In this document: positions 1-10,931 of the stretch, in pieces
Position numbering within the stretch: the stretch's first letter is position 1
How the letters are laid out: each line of letters starts with the position of its first letter
Origin: Pseudomonadota bacterium
Lineage (GTDB): Bacteria; Pseudomonadota; Gammaproteobacteria; Burkholderiales; SG8-39
Length of the DNA: 62,318 nucleotides
Direction of reading: 5' to 3'
Assembly: GCA_018241645.1 (NCBI GenBank)
Contig: JAFEDL010000076.1
Span: 1-62,318 of the forward strand
Program-made: the position numbers and the translations under genes
The notes under the pieces: generated by a model
The model's input: only the letters and a program-made list of their open reading frames with translations
Told to the model about the DNA's origin: nothing
The model's database searches: none

Positions 1-433
1 CGGACTGGGTGTGGTGTGGACCGCCGGCCAGGACGAGACGGCCCTCGTGCACGACATCGACCCGGAAGCACGCTACACCTCCTTCGCCGGCCGGCTCGAC
101 CTCGCGCAGCTCTGGCACCTGCTTGCCGGGGCGCGCCTCGCAGTGACGCTCGATACGGGCATCGCCCACATGGCCAAGCTGACTTGCACGCCCGTGGCTG
201 CACTGTTCGGCCCCGGGTCCGCGGTATTGTTCGGCAAGGGCCGGTTCTGGCGGGACAACGCGTTCGCCGAGGTGACCGTGCACGGATTTCCGTGCCGGGA
301 CCAGAGGCACCTGTTCAAGCGCGAAATCGATTGGGTCCGGCGCTGCAACCGGACCACCGCCGATTGTCCGCGGGCACGCTGCATGGAAGCGATCCGGCCC
401 GGACAGGTCCTTGCCGCGCTCCAAGTAGAATAG
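1..433 (+). CDS. C-terminal part of a glycosyltransferase family 9 (heptosyltransferase-like) protein; 5' end outside window
   Basis: The frame is open from base 2. The tail contains [22 protein letters not shown], the same GT9 C-terminal signature seen in four other genes here (CSDGGAMHLAAALGKP, CTDTGLYHLAASMGIP, DSGLMHFAAASPGG, DTGLAHLAAALGAP). Confidence 0.7.
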   Translation, partial: GLGVVWTAGQDETALVHDIDPEARYTSFAGRLDLAQLWHLLAGARLAVTLDTGIAHMAKLTCTPVAALFGPGSAVLFGKGRFWRDNAFAEVTVHGFPCRDQRHLFKREIDWVRRCNRTTADCPRARCMEAIRPGQVLAALQVE

Positions 434-438
434 AGCCC

Positions 439-1506
439 ATGATCCTTGTCACTGGAGGCGCCGGATTCATCGGCGCCAATTTCATTCTCGATTTCCTGGC
501 CGCGACGGACGAGCCTGTCCTCAACCTGGACAAGCTCACCTATGCGGGCAATCCGCACAACCTTGACGCGTTGCAGGGCGATTCGCGTTATACGCTGGTG
601 CGCGGCGACATCAATGACCGTTCCCTGGTGCGGCAACTGCTTTCCGGCCGCCGTCCGAGGGCGGTCGTGCACTTCGCCGCCGAAAGCCATGTGGACCGGT
701 CCATCCACGGCCCCGGCGAGTTCGTCCAGACCAACATGGTCGGGACCTTCAGCCTGCTGGAAGAAACCCGCGCCTGGTGGTCCGCGCTCCCCGCGGGCGA
801 GAAGGATGCATTCCGTTTCCTGCACGTGTCGACAGACGAGGTCTACGGGTCGCTCGGGCCGAACGATCCGGCGTTCAGCGAGACCACGCCTTACGCGCCG
901 AACAGCCCGTACAGCGCTTCCAAGGCAGGCTCCGACCACCTGGTGCGGGCCTACCACCACACTTATGGCCTGCCGACGGTCACCACCAACTGCTCGAACA
1001 ACTACGGGCCGTACCAGTTCCCGGAAAAGCTGATCCCGCTGATGATCCACAATGCGCTTGCCGGCAAGCCGCTGCCGGTCTATGGCGACGGCAGCAACGT
1101 GCGCGACTGGCTGTATGTCGGCGATCATTGCGCCGCGATCCGGGAGGTGCTGGCGCGCGGGCGCATCGGGGAAACCTACAACATCGGCGGCGGCGCCGAG
1201 ATGAAGAACATCGATGTTGTGCACACGCTGTGCGCACTCCTCGATGCGGCAAGGCCCCGAGCAGAAGGGGGATATGCCTCCCTCGTCACTTTTGTGACGG
1301 ACCGGCCGGGCCATGACCGCAGGTACGCCATCGACGCGTCCAAGATCCGCGCCGAAATCGGCTGGGTGCCGCGCGAGAGTTTCGGGTCAGGCCTCGCCAA
1401 GACCGTGCGCTGGTACCTCGACCACGCGGACTGGGTGGAGGATGTGGCGAGCGGCGCGTACCGGACCTGGGTGGAACAAAACTACGCTGCGCGGGGCGCG
1501 GCTTGA
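439..1506 (+). CDS. rfbB: dTDP-glucose 4,6-dehydratase
   Basis: The ATG at 439 lies inside ORF 16..1506. It has the [15 protein letters not shown] Rossmann start and the [12 protein letters not shown] YxxxK catalytic motif, is ~355 aa, and is followed by rfbA and rfbC. Confidence 0.95.
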   Translation: MILVTGGAGFIGANFILDFLAATDEPVLNLDKLTYAGNPHNLDALQGDSRYTLVRGDINDRSLVRQLLSGRRPRAVVHFAAESHVDRSIHGPGEFVQTNMVGTFSLLEETRAWWSALPAGEKDAFRFLHVSTDEVYGSLGPNDPAFSETTPYAPNSPYSASKAGSDHLVRAYHHTYGLPTVTTNCSNNYGPYQFPEKLIPLMIHNALAGKPLPVYGDGSNVRDWLYVGDHCAAIREVLARGRIGETYNIGGGAEMKNIDVVHTLCALLDAARPRAEGGYASLVTFVTDRPGHDRRYAIDASKIRAEIGWVPRESFGSGLAKTVRWYLDHADWVEDVASGAYRTWVEQNYAARGAA

Positions 1507-1530
1507 GGCCTGCCTTGCAAGGGGAGTGAA

Positions 1531-2409
1531 GTGAAAGGAATTATTCTCGCCGGCGGGTCCGGCACGCGCCTGTACCCGGTCACCCAGGTGGTGTCCAAGC
1601 AGCTGCTGCCGATCTACGACAAGCCGATGATCTATTACCCGCTGTCCACGCTGATGATGGCGGGCATCCGCGAGATCCTGGTGATTTCCACGCCGCAGGA
1701 CCTGCCGCGCTTCGAGCAGTTGCTGGGCGACGGGGCGCAGTGGGGCATCCGCCTGAGTTATGCCGTCCAGCCGGCTCCGGAGGGCCTGGCGCAGGCGTTC
1801 ATCATCGGGCGCGACTTCATCGGCGGGGATCCGGTGGCGCTCGTGCTGGGCGACAACATCTTCTACGGCCACGAGCTGACCACGCTGCTCAGGCGGGCAA
1901 TTGCGCACAAGAGCGGCGCCTCCGTGTTCGCCTACCTCGTGAAGGACCCGGAGCGCTACGGCGTGGTCGAGTTCGACTCCGGCGGCCGCGCCATCAGCAT
2001 CGAGGAAAAGCCCAGCCAGCCCAAATCGCGCTATGCGGTGGTCGGCCTGTACTTCTACGACTCGCGCGTGGTCGAGTTTGCCTCGCGCCTGAAGCCTTCC
2101 GTGCGCGGGGAACTCGAGATCACCGACCTGAACCGCGCCTATCTCGAGCGCGGCGAACTCGAGGTCATCCCGATGGGGCGCGGCCTCGCCTGGCTCGACA
2201 CCGGCACGCATGAGTCGCTGCTCGAGGCCTCCCAGTTCATCGAGACCATCGAGCGCCGGCAGGGCCTGAAGATCGCATGCCCCGAGGAAATTGCCTACCG
2301 CAACGGCTACATCAGCGCCGCGCAGCTCGAGGCGCTGGCCAAGCCGCTTGCGAAAAGCGGGTACGGCGAGTACCTGCTGCGCGTGCTCTCCGAGAAGGTG
2401 TACGAATGA
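1531..2409 (+). CDS. rfbA: glucose-1-phosphate thymidylyltransferase
   Basis: 292 aa with the nucleotidyltransferase motif [17 protein letters not shown] and RmlA-like sequence throughout ([22 protein letters not shown]-like). Confidence 0.95.
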   Translation: MKGIILAGGSGTRLYPVTQVVSKQLLPIYDKPMIYYPLSTLMMAGIREILVISTPQDLPRFEQLLGDGAQWGIRLSYAVQPAPEGLAQAFIIGRDFIGGDPVALVLGDNIFYGHELTTLLRRAIAHKSGASVFAYLVKDPERYGVVEFDSGGRAISIEEKPSQPKSRYAVVGLYFYDSRVVEFASRLKPSVRGELEITDLNRAYLERGELEVIPMGRGLAWLDTGTHESLLEASQFIETIERRQGLKIACPEEIAYRNGYISAAQLEALAKPLAKSGYGEYLLRVLSEKVYE

Positions 2410-2957
2410 AAGTGGTGCCAACCCGCATCCCCGACGTCCTGCTCCTCGAGCCCAAGGTGTTCGGCGACGAACGCGGGTTCTTTCTCGAGCGTTACAACAA
2501 GCGGACGTTTGCGGCCGATACCGGCCTCGACATCGATTTCGTGCAGGACAACCACTCGCGTTCCATGCGAAACGTGCTGCGGGGCCTGCACTACCAGATT
2601 CGGCAGCCGCAGGGAAAGCTGGTCTGGGTGGTCGCCGGGGAAATCTACGACGTGGCGGTGGACCTGCGCAGGCGTTCTCCCACATTCGGGCAATGGGCCG
2701 GGTTTACATTGTCGGCGCAGGGCCGGCAGATGGCGTGGGTGCCGCCGGGATTTGCGCATGGGTTCCTGGTCGTATCCGAAGCCGCGGAAGTGCTCTACAA
2801 GACCACCGATTATTACGCCCCCGAGCACGAACGCACGCTGCTCTGGAACGACGCGGACCTCGGCATCGCCTGGCCGCAGGCCGCGGGGGCCGAACCCCTG
2901 CTCGCCCAGAAGGACCGCAATGGCCTGCCGTTGCGGTCCTGCGAACTCTTCGACTGA
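2406..2957 (+). CDS. rfbC: dTDP-4-dehydrorhamnose 3,5-epimerase
   Basis: The ATG at 2406 overlaps the rfbA stop (ATGA). It has RmlC cupin motifs ([23 protein letters not shown]) and is 183 aa. Confidence 0.95.
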   Translation: MKVVPTRIPDVLLLEPKVFGDERGFFLERYNKRTFAADTGLDIDFVQDNHSRSMRNVLRGLHYQIRQPQGKLVWVVAGEIYDVAVDLRRRSPTFGQWAGFTLSAQGRQMAWVPPGFAHGFLVVSEAAEVLYKTTDYYAPEHERTLLWNDADLGIAWPQAAGAEPLLAQKDRNGLPLRSCELFD

Positions 2958-2969
2958 CCGCCGGATCCC

Positions 2970-4277
2970 ATGGTGATCGACGACCTCGTCGCGAAGCTGG
3001 GCGACCGCACCGCCGTAATCGGCATAGTGGGACTGGGGTATGTCGGCCTGCCCCTGATGCTGCGGTTCGCCGAGGTGGGCTATCGCGTCATCGGCATCGA
3101 TATCGATCCCGCGAAGGTCGCAATGCTGCAGCGGGGCGAAAGCTACATCGAGCGCATTCCGGCAGCCTCGATCGCCGCGGCGCGGGCGAAGGGCTTCGCG
3201 GCCACATCCGACTTCGCGCACGCGGCCGAGGCCGACGCGCTGATCATCTGCGTGCCGACGCCGCTCAACCGCCATCGCGAGCCGGACCTGTCGTTCGTTA
3301 CCGGCACGACCGATTCGCTCGTTCCGTACCTGCGTCCCGGCCAGATCGTGAGCCTGGAAAGCACCACTTATCCCGGCACCACGGAAGAGGAGCTGCAGCC
3401 GAGGATCGAGGCCCGCGGCCTTGCAGTAGGGCGGGACGTGTTCCTGTGTTTTTCGCCGGAACGCGAGGATCCCGGCAACCCGGAGTACGTGACACGCACC
3501 ATCCCGAAGATCTGCGGGGGCGTTACGCAGGCCTGCCTCAGGGCCGGGGTGGCGTTGTACGGCCAGGCCATCGACCGGGTCGTCCCCGTCAGCTCAACAC
3601 GTGCCGCCGAGATGACCAAGCTGCTGGAGAACATCCACCGCGCGGTGAACATCGGCCTCGCCAACGAGATGAAGATCATCTGCGACCGGATGGGGATCGA
3701 CGTGCACGAGGTCATCCGCGCCGCGGCGACCAAGCCGTTCGGATTCGTGCCCTATTGGCCCGGCCCGGGACTGGGCGGGCACTGCATCCCGATCGACCCG
3801 TTCTACCTCACCTGGAAGGCGCGCGAGTACGGGTTGCATACCCGGTTCATCGAACTGGCCGGGGAGATCAACCGGGCCATGCCTGAATGGGTGGTGGGCA
3901 AAGTAGCCGACGCCCTCAACGACCGGGGCCGCTCGATCAAGGGCAGCAGGATCCTCGTACTGGGGATCGCCTACAAGAAGAACGTCGACGACATGCGCGA
4001 ATCACCCGCGGTCGAGCTGATGGAACTGCTGGTTGCGCGGGGAGCCGATGTCCAGTACTCCGATCCGCACGTGCCGGTGTTCCCGAAAATGCGCGAGCAT
4101 CATTTCGACCTGCGCAGCGTCGAGCTTACGCCGCAGGCGGTCGCGGCCTGTGACGTCGTGCTGCTCGCAACGAATCACGACGCGTTCGACTACGCGATGA
4201 TCGCCAGGCATGCCGGGCTGATCGTCGACACGCGCGGCGTCTACCTCGATCCGGCGGCAAACGTCGTCAAGGCCTGA
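2970..4277 (+). CDS. nucleotide-sugar 6-dehydrogenase (UDP-GlcNAc/UDP-ManNAc dehydrogenase family)
   Basis: 435 aa with N-terminal [16 protein letters not shown]-binding motif and a GGHCIPIDP catalytic-Cys motif typical of the UDP-glucose/GDP-mannose dehydrogenase family. Confidence 0.85.
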   Translation: MVIDDLVAKLGDRTAVIGIVGLGYVGLPLMLRFAEVGYRVIGIDIDPAKVAMLQRGESYIERIPAASIAAARAKGFAATSDFAHAAEADALIICVPTPLNRHREPDLSFVTGTTDSLVPYLRPGQIVSLESTTYPGTTEEELQPRIEARGLAVGRDVFLCFSPEREDPGNPEYVTRTIPKICGGVTQACLRAGVALYGQAIDRVVPVSSTRAAEMTKLLENIHRAVNIGLANEMKIICDRMGIDVHEVIRAAATKPFGFVPYWPGPGLGGHCIPIDPFYLTWKAREYGLHTRFIELAGEINRAMPEWVVGKVADALNDRGRSIKGSRILVLGIAYKKNVDDMRESPAVELMELLVARGADVQYSDPHVPVFPKMREHHFDLRSVELTPQAVAACDVVLLATNHDAFDYAMIARHAGLIVDTRGVYLDPAANVVKA

Positions 4278-5046
4278 CGGCAACCCGCCGGCGCGCGCGC
4301 AGGCCGAGCGCGATGCGCGGCCGCGACGCCAGGAATCGCGCCGCGCTGCGCAGGTGCCACGCCGCATAGCGCAGGTTCCTGCGGCTTTCGCGGCGCGCGG
4401 CATGGATCACCGAAGCCCCCGTGCAGACCGCTACTTCAAGGCCGCGATCCCGGATTCGCGCGCACAAATCGACGTCCTCGTAATACAGGAAGTACCGCTC
4501 GTCGAACCCGCCCAGCGCGCGCAGCGTTTCGCAGCGAACCAGCATGAACATCCCGGCCACCCAGTCCGGGTGGAAAACGGCCTCGCCTGCAGGCGATGGC
4601 AGATGCGGCCGATGCCCGAAAGCCTTGGCGAGAAGCGTGAATACGCTGGGAAATTCCCGGGCATGGTCTTCCGGCTCGAGATCCGGACCGGTGACCGCCG
4701 GGGCTACGACGCCAATGCGCGGGTCCCGCGCAACCGCGAGCAAGGCGGGAAACGGATCGCTCGAGAGCCGGATGTCCGGGTTCAGCACGCAGAACCAGCC
4801 GTCCCCCGCGCGTGCGAGGGCCGCATTGTGGTTCGCGCCGAACCCTTTGCGGTTCTCGTTGCGGATGACGTCGATCGGGAACGCGTAGTCGGCCACCGGG
4901 AATTCGGGCGTCTCCGGTACGTTCTCCGTCAATATCAGGCGGAACCGGGTCCGGACGTGGCGCTGCAGGTCACCGAGCAGGCCGAGCACGAGCTCGCGTT
5001 GCCCGTGGCTGACCACGGAGATGACCAGGGAAGCGTCGCCTGACAT
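4267..5046 (-). CDS. glycosyltransferase family 2
   Basis: The start [16 protein letters not shown] lies inside ORF 4267..5640. GT2-like features are VLNPDIRL and [15 protein letters not shown], a rhamnosyltransferase-like pattern. It is 259 aa. Confidence 0.8.
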   Translation of the reverse strand: MSGDASLVISVVSHGQRELVLGLLGDLQRHVRTRFRLILTENVPETPEFPVADYAFPIDVIRNENRKGFGANHNAALARAGDGWFCVLNPDIRLSSDPFPALLAVARDPRIGVVAPAVTGPDLEPEDHAREFPSVFTLLAKAFGHRPHLPSPAGEAVFHPDWVAGMFMLVRCETLRALGGFDERYFLYYEDVDLCARIRDRGLEVAVCTGASVIHAARRESRRNLRYAAWHLRSAARFLASRPRIALGLRARRRVAVRP

Positions 5047-5060
5047 CCGGGAGTCCGGAC

Positions 5061-6488
5061 CTAGCGCCGGTAGCGGTCTTCGAACCGCACGATGTCGTCC
5101 TCGCTGATCCGGTCGCCCGACTGGACTTCGATCAGGTGCAGCGGCTCGTCGGTGGAAGGGTTTTCCAGGCGGTGTGTGGCGCCCTGCGGGATATATACCG
5201 ACTCGTTGCGTTGGATAAGCGAAATCTCTTCGCCGCGGGTGACGCGGGCAGTGCCGCTCACGACCACCCAGTGCTCGGCGCGGTGGTGGTGCATCTGGAG
5301 CGACAGCGCCGCGCCCGGATTCACCATGATCCGCTTCACGAGAAAGCCCGGGCCCGAGTCGAGGTTCTCGAAATACCCCCAGGGACGATAGACACGGGTG
5401 TGGCTCAAGTGTTCGGTCCGGCCGGTGCCGTGCATACCCTCGACTATGTCGCGCACCTCCTGGCTGCGCGACCGGTCCGCCACCAGCAGGGCATCGGCGG
5501 TTTCGACGATCACGAGGTTCTCCACGCCGAGCGTGGCCACGAGCCTGCGATTGCTGAATACCAGCGAGTTCCGCGTGTCCTGCAGCCGGACATCCCCGTG
5601 CACTGCATTGCCGTCGGCATCCTTGGGGGAAAGCTCCCATAGCGCCATCCAGGAGCCGACATCGCTCCAGGCGAATTCCGCCGGGATGACTGCGGCCCGG
5701 TCGGTGCGCTCCATGACCGCCCGGTCGATCGCCTCGGACGGGCAGGCAAGGAAAGCCTCGCGTCCCAGGCGAAGGAACCCGAGGTCCCGGGAGGATTCGG
5801 CCACGGAATTGCGCGCGGCGGCCAGGATGTCGGGACGGAACTTCTGCATTTCCTCGATCAACCTGCGCGCACGGAAGGCGAACATGCCGCTGTTCCAGTA
5901 CGCGCGCCCGGTGCCGATGAGCGCCTGCGCGCGTTCGGCGGGCGGCTTCTCCACGAACCGCGCGATGTGATAAGCCGCTGAAATCCCCGCTATCGGCTCG
6001 CCACGCTCGATATATCCGAACCCGGTTTCAGGATGCGTCGGATGGATTCCGAACGTGACCAGGTATCCGGCATCGGCGAGTTCGGCGGCCCGCTTTACGG
6101 CATCGCCGAATGCCTCGAGATTGCCGATCGCGTGATCGGAGGAAAGCACGAGCAGTACCGGATCCTCGGCTTCGGCCGCCACCGCCGCGACCGCGACCGC
6201 AGCGGCGGTGTTGCGGCCCGCGGGTTCCAGCACCTGCAGGGCCGGCGCGTGAATGGTCGCGAGCTGGTCGGCGACGAGAAAGCGATGCTCCTCGTTGCAG
6301 ACTACAATCGCATCCGTCCCCCCGGAGACCGCATTTGCCCGCAGCATCGTGTCCTGCAAGAGGCTGCGGTCCCCGGATACCAGGGGGAGGAACTGCTTAG
6401 GGAGCAGCTTGCGCGACATCGGCCAGAGGCGCGTGCCGCTGCCGCCGCAAAGGATGACGGGCTTGATGTGAGGGGATGCACTGTTCAT
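5061..6488 (-). CDS. manC: mannose-1-phosphate guanylyltransferase / mannose-6-phosphate isomerase (bifunctional type)
   Basis: 475 aa with an N-terminal nucleotidyltransferase motif (ILCGGSGTRLWPMSR) and a C-terminal cupin (HHHRAEHWVVVSGTARV). Confidence 0.9.
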   Translation of the reverse strand: MNSASPHIKPVILCGGSGTRLWPMSRKLLPKQFLPLVSGDRSLLQDTMLRANAVSGGTDAIVVCNEEHRFLVADQLATIHAPALQVLEPAGRNTAAAVAVAAVAAEAEDPVLLVLSSDHAIGNLEAFGDAVKRAAELADAGYLVTFGIHPTHPETGFGYIERGEPIAGISAAYHIARFVEKPPAERAQALIGTGRAYWNSGMFAFRARRLIEEMQKFRPDILAAARNSVAESSRDLGFLRLGREAFLACPSEAIDRAVMERTDRAAVIPAEFAWSDVGSWMALWELSPKDADGNAVHGDVRLQDTRNSLVFSNRRLVATLGVENLVIVETADALLVADRSRSQEVRDIVEGMHGTGRTEHLSHTRVYRPWGYFENLDSGPGFLVKRIMVNPGAALSLQMHHHRAEHWVVVSGTARVTRGEEISLIQRNESVYIPQGATHRLENPSTDEPLHLIEVQSGDRISEDDIVRFEDRYRR

Positions 6489-6592
6489 GGGCGGGTCCTG
6501 CGCGGTCGCGCCACGGAAGCGGCGTCGAATCGCTCGGAGTGCGCGAGTGTAGCGCGCCGCGTTGCGGGCAACAAACCGGCCGGGCGGGCGCG

Positions 6593-7537
6593 GTGACCCG
6601 GCGGATCCTCGTCACCGGCGCCAGCGGGTTCGTCGCGCGCGCGCTGATTTCGGGCAAATGCGCGGACGCCGAATATGTGGCTGCCTCGCGCCAGGACGCG
6701 GGCGTTGAAGGCGTGGCGTGGCGACGCAGCCCCGCACTCTCTGGCTCGGCCGACTGGAAGGGGATAGTCGAGGGGATCGATGCGGTGGTGCATCTCGCTG
6801 GCCGGGTGCACCTGCCTGCGGGTGAGGATGCCTCGCCTTATTTTGTCGAGAATTGCGACGGCACTTTCAAGCTCGCCCGCGACGCGACCGCCGCCGGGGT
6901 GCGGAAGTTCATATTCCTCAGCAGTGCAAAAGTGCTGGGCGACGAATCCGGCGCGACGCCCCTTGCCGAGGACGCCCCCGCGCGCCCGGGGGACCCGTAT
7001 GCTGCTTCGAAGCTGGCGGCGGAGCAGGCGCTCGCCGGCCTCGGCGGCGCCATGCATGTCACCGTGCTGAGGCCGCCGCTCGTCTATGGCCCGGGCGTGA
7101 AAGCCAATTTCCTGGCCCTTCTTTCCGCGGTCGCGCGAGGTGTGCCGTTGCCGTTCGCCGCAATCCGCAACCGACGCAGCCTGCTGGGTGTCGACAACCT
7201 TGCTGCGGCGATCACTGCCTGCATCGAATCACCGGCAGCTGCCGGGCGTACCTACAACGTAACCGACGGTGCCCCGGTGTCCACCCCCGAGCTCGTGCGT
7301 GCCATCGCAACTGGCCTCGGCAGGCCGCCGCGGTTGTTCCCGGTGCCGCCCGGCTTGCTCGAGGCTTGCGGCGCGGCCTTGGGCCGCGGGGAAATGGTCA
7401 AGCGCCTGACCCGTTCGCTCGAACTGGATGACAGCGCAATCCGCGCGGAACTGGCGTGGCGGCCAGTTTGCACTTTCGAGGCCGGTATAGCGCAAACGGC
7501 ACGGTGGTACCGGAGCCACGCAGACAAGCCTGGTTAG
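6593..7537 (+). CDS. NAD-dependent epimerase/dehydratase family protein
   Basis: A GTG at 6593 gives VTRRILVTGASGFVARAL (Rossmann) and YAASKLAAE (YxxxK). The 5' part of ORF 6476..7537 overlaps the manC start region and is not needed. Confidence 0.8.
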   Translation: MTRRILVTGASGFVARALISGKCADAEYVAASRQDAGVEGVAWRRSPALSGSADWKGIVEGIDAVVHLAGRVHLPAGEDASPYFVENCDGTFKLARDATAAGVRKFIFLSSAKVLGDESGATPLAEDAPARPGDPYAASKLAAEQALAGLGGAMHVTVLRPPLVYGPGVKANFLALLSAVARGVPLPFAAIRNRRSLLGVDNLAAAITACIESPAAAGRTYNVTDGAPVSTPELVRAIATGLGRPPRLFPVPPGLLEACGAALGRGEMVKRLTRSLELDDSAIRAELAWRPVCTFEAGIAQTARWYRSHADKPG

Positions 7538-8523
7538 CCGCGCAGCAGTTGGGACACTGCGCCAGCTGCATCTTCGACCGGGATGTCCTGCACCCTGCGG
7601 GTAGGCGCCTGCAGCACGATGTGTCGGACGCCCCAAGGCCGCCAGCGGTCCACGGGAGAGTCGCCAAAAAAGCACGCGACCGGCTTGCCGAGCGCGGCGG
7701 CCAGGTGCATGGCGCCCCCGTCGCTGCAGACCACCGCGTCGCATTGCGCAAGTCCAGCGATCAGGTCCTCGAGCGCGGCCGTCGGGCAGGGCAGCAGCGC
7801 CGCCTCGCCGCCAACCAGGTCCATGACGGCTTTCGCTTTGCCATCATCACCCGGGTGCTGCGGGTGGTCTTCCCCCCCCGGGGACCAGAACAGAAGCGTC
7901 GCCGCGCCATGTAGCTTGCGCAGGGTGCGGACAAGGTGCGCGAAGCGCTCTGCCGGCCAGCGCTGGGCCTCGCGGCGGGCGCTGATGTGCACGCCGATCA
8001 CGGGGGACTTGAGCCCGGCCTTGCTGATCGCGGAGCGAATGCGGCCCTCGGGCAGGGCGCCGGGGACGACCTTCATTGGCGGTATCGGGCCTTCGCAGCC
8101 AAGGGCGCGAGCGGCGGTGAATGTGCGCTCGACTTCGTGCTGGCCGGCCGCAGGCGGCGCGGACCGGACTGTGCGCCCGGGCGAAAGCAGCTTGGCGAAC
8201 CTTTCCCCACGCGTGTCCAGTTCGCCCGCAGCTATGATCGCCAGATCCAGCCTGCGCCTGCGCAGGTCCCACAGCATGGCGGCCCGACCCGCGAGCGCGG
8301 CAATCAAGCTCTCATCCTTGCCGAGGTGCTTCAGCTTGCGATAGGCGAACACCGCATCGACATCAGGGTTGCCGGCGAGCACCGGCGCGTTGTAGCTGTT
8401 GGCCAGCACGCCGATCCACGACTGCGGGAACCGGGAGCGAAGCGCAGCCAGCAACGGGGTAGTGCAGACGAGGTCGCCGATGTTGTCGCGGCGGATGACC
8501 AGGATGCTTCGGGTGTCGCGCAT
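7534..8523 (-). CDS. glycosyltransferase family 9 (heptosyltransferase-like)
   Basis: 329 aa with N-terminal ILVIRRDNIGDLVCTTPLL and C-terminal VVCSDGGAMHLAAALGKPV, both GT9 hallmarks. Confidence 0.85.
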   Translation of the reverse strand: MRDTRSILVIRRDNIGDLVCTTPLLAALRSRFPQSWIGVLANSYNAPVLAGNPDVDAVFAYRKLKHLGKDESLIAALAGRAAMLWDLRRRRLDLAIIAAGELDTRGERFAKLLSPGRTVRSAPPAAGQHEVERTFTAARALGCEGPIPPMKVVPGALPEGRIRSAISKAGLKSPVIGVHISARREAQRWPAERFAHLVRTLRKLHGAATLLFWSPGGEDHPQHPGDDGKAKAVMDLVGGEAALLPCPTAALEDLIAGLAQCDAVVCSDGGAMHLAAALGKPVACFFGDSPVDRWRPWGVRHIVLQAPTRRVQDIPVEDAAGAVSQLLRG

Positions 8524-8532
8524 GGCCGGCCG

Positions 8533-9678
8533 CTATCCGCGGGCCTGCGGAAATTCGCGTTCGAGGAAAGCGAGCATCGCCCTGGTACGCCCGACCATTG
8601 CATCGAACGAGAACTTCGCCAAGTGTTCCTGGGCGTCTCGCGGGTCGGGACGGGGCCGGCCGTCCACCAGCGAGGCCAGGAGTCCCGCGAAATCGCTGCC
8701 GCCGTCGAGCCTCGGGTCGCGATACAGGAAACCGCTCCGGCCGTCCAGGACGGTCTCGGTAAAGGGCGGCGCGTCGGGTGCGAGCACCGGCGTGCCCAGC
8801 GCTTGCGCTTCGAGCGCATTCAGGCCCAGGGCTTCCTTCTCCGGCAGGCCAGTCATCAGGTAGTCCAGGTTCGGGTAGATGCTCTGCACGGCCGACTGGT
8901 ATCCCCAGAAGCGCACCTTGCGCGCGAGCGGCGCAAGCGACCGGCGCAGGTCGCGCACCTGAGCATATCCGCCATTACCGAAGACCTCGAGATTCACCTG
9001 GGGAAATCGGGCAATCACCGGGGCAAGCACCGCGAACAGCGCCGGGAACTGCTTGATGGGCGACAGGAGCGACACGATTCCGAGCGTCAGGCCGGGCTTG
9101 CGGACAAATACAGGCCGCTGAAGGAATGTCCGCGCCAGCGGTTCGAGCATCGAATACAGCCGGTCACGGCCCTTGCGCCTGTCCCAGTGGTAGGGAGAGG
9201 CAGCACGGATCGGGACGCCTGCCCCGGCGGCACGATCGAGCTGGTACGTGCCGTACATCGGCTCTTGGTACACCTGCCGGATGCCGGCCTTGCGCAACAG
9301 GCCGACGCAATATGCAGACACGGTGAATACCGCCGCGTAGCGCGCAAAGCCGGAGGCGCTGCGATCGATCATGGGCATGTGCGCGAAGCCCGTGAGCACG
9401 TGATCCCGCGCGGCAACCTCGTGCAATTCACCGGAGATGCCGCTCTGGGTAACGATCAGCGCGCCCTTTTCCGGGAGCCGGCGGACGATGTCATTCCCGT
9501 CCCTGACGCCCACTACCGTGATCCGGTCGGTGGCCAGCCCGTCCCAGAAGCCGTTCGCCTGGTCCACGTAGAGCGTCACTGACGCGCCGGCCTGCTCCAG
9601 CGCCCGGGTAAACCAGCGCGTATAGACCTCGCCTCCGCCCACGGCCGGCTGCAGGTTGATCTGGTGGATGTGAATCAC
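8533..9678 (-). CDS. glycosyltransferase family 4 (GT-B, EX7E type)
   Basis: It has EALGLNALEAQALGTPVLAPD, an EX7E-like C-terminal motif. The ORF runs to 9714, but the GTG at 9678 forms a GTGA overlap with the stop of the upstream ligase gene, so that start is preferred (uncertain). Confidence 0.75.
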   Translation of the reverse strand: MIHIHQINLQPAVGGGEVYTRWFTRALEQAGASVTLYVDQANGFWDGLATDRITVVGVRDGNDIVRRLPEKGALIVTQSGISGELHEVAARDHVLTGFAHMPMIDRSASGFARYAAVFTVSAYCVGLLRKAGIRQVYQEPMYGTYQLDRAAGAGVPIRAASPYHWDRRKGRDRLYSMLEPLARTFLQRPVFVRKPGLTLGIVSLLSPIKQFPALFAVLAPVIARFPQVNLEVFGNGGYAQVRDLRRSLAPLARKVRFWGYQSAVQSIYPNLDYLMTGLPEKEALGLNALEAQALGTPVLAPDAPPFTETVLDGRSGFLYRDPRLDGGSDFAGLLASLVDGRPRPDPRDAQEHLAKFSFDAMVGRTRAMLAFLEREFPQARG

Positions 9679-10880
9679 TGTGTTGCCGGCTCTTGATTCT
9701 TGAGTGCAAGCCACCCACCAAGTAACAGCATGCTGATCAAGGCGTGCTCGTGATGCAACGTTGTGTTAACCATGCCAACGATCGTGGCAATCAGCCAAGC
9801 GCCTAGCGCCCCTCCCCAGTAGGCCCACTGGATTGCCGGGCTATTGGGTCGAGGAACCCGTCTCGCCAGATCCCATGCCCACATTGCAAGCACTGCGAGC
9901 AATGCCAGCAATCCCACAGCTCCGCGCTCCGCCAGCGTATTCACGTAGAGGCTATGGCCGTGCGATGCCAAGGAGATCTGCTTGCTGTCCAATACCCCGC
10001 CCCGCGCGTGACTCCACTCCTCAAGTAGCTGCAAGTCAATCCGTCCGAAATTTCCCATTCCGACGCCGAACACCGGGAATTGGCGCCAAGCCTCGAAGCC
10101 GGCGCGCCATATACCGTCACGATAGGCGAGGAAGAGGTTCTCTTTCACGCGCGCCTCGTTCTTTTCAATGACTTGCGGCTTGGCGACAAGGACTATTCCG
10201 ACCGAGATTGCCGCGATCACCAGTACCGATTTCAAGTGTTTACCTGCCCGCATTGAATAAACTACGAGAAAAGCCAGCGCGGCGATGAATGCGGCGCCCA
10301 CCGCGCCGCGGCTCGCCATGACGAAGAGCGCGAGTACGAACCCCGCATTCAGAATGAGGCCGAGTATGCGACCCGCGAGGGATGCGTGCCCCCATGCTGC
10401 TCGCGACCACGCGACAGTCGCGATAAAGGTGATTGCGACATAGATTGCGCTATGGTTGACGTGACCCACGGAATTCAATCCGAGGGTGGCATGCTCCTTG
10501 GTGAACCATAGTTCATAACCGCCACGCGCAAGCGCCGCCGCAGTGCCTGCGATGATGCAAAACAGCAAGCGATTCAACGCGGCGGGGTCGTATCCGGATC
10601 GTTTCAGCATCCACAGAACGGTTCCATATCGGAGGATGTCGAACGCTGAAAGCCATTCGCTGTTATGGACACCGGCAAATGCGGCAGCACCGTACCCGGA
10701 AACTATCCAAACCAGTATTGCCGTGTCCCACCTCGTCCATGCCCCGCCAAATCCGCCTTTACGTGCGCGATTGACGATCCATAGCACCGCGTACAGGACC
10801 CATAGGAGGTTCTTTGGCGCCTCGAGCATGGGCAGCACCAGGGCAAACGCGTAGAGGGTGATCAGCTCGAGTTGCAACAT
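9675..10880 (-). CDS. O-antigen ligase (WaaL/Wzy_C) family membrane protein
   Basis: 401 aa polytopic membrane protein containing SLASHGHSLYVNTLAERGAVGLLAL, a Wzy_C-type His loop. It is embedded among core glycosyltransferases. Confidence 0.8.
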   Translation of the reverse strand: MLQLELITLYAFALVLPMLEAPKNLLWVLYAVLWIVNRARKGGFGGAWTRWDTAILVWIVSGYGAAAFAGVHNSEWLSAFDILRYGTVLWMLKRSGYDPAALNRLLFCIIAGTAAALARGGYELWFTKEHATLGLNSVGHVNHSAIYVAITFIATVAWSRAAWGHASLAGRILGLILNAGFVLALFVMASRGAVGAAFIAALAFLVVYSMRAGKHLKSVLVIAAISVGIVLVAKPQVIEKNEARVKENLFLAYRDGIWRAGFEAWRQFPVFGVGMGNFGRIDLQLLEEWSHARGGVLDSKQISLASHGHSLYVNTLAERGAVGLLALLAVLAMWAWDLARRVPRPNSPAIQWAYWGGALGAWLIATIVGMVNTTLHHEHALISMLLLGGWLALKNQEPATQ

Positions 10881-10931
10881 TCGAAGCAGTGCCTGCGCTT
10901 AATGGTGGCGCGATTATAATCGGGCCTTCCC

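Noticed and set aside
1387-2685. Long ORFs antisense to, or out of frame with, recognised genes. This 432-aa example stands for many others: 7936-9582(+), 17428-18921(+), 22938-24833(+), 25047-26972(-), 34402-35766(-), 40414-42186(-), 44670-46355(-), 48151-49494(+), 55302-57884(+), 57661-59373(+), 60139-61635(+).
   Set aside because: Each lies opposite or out of frame to a gene with strong family motifs. Their translations are dominated by R/G/A/P/H runs with no recognisable domains. This is the expected artefact of GC3-rich coding DNA and not evidence for overlapping genes.
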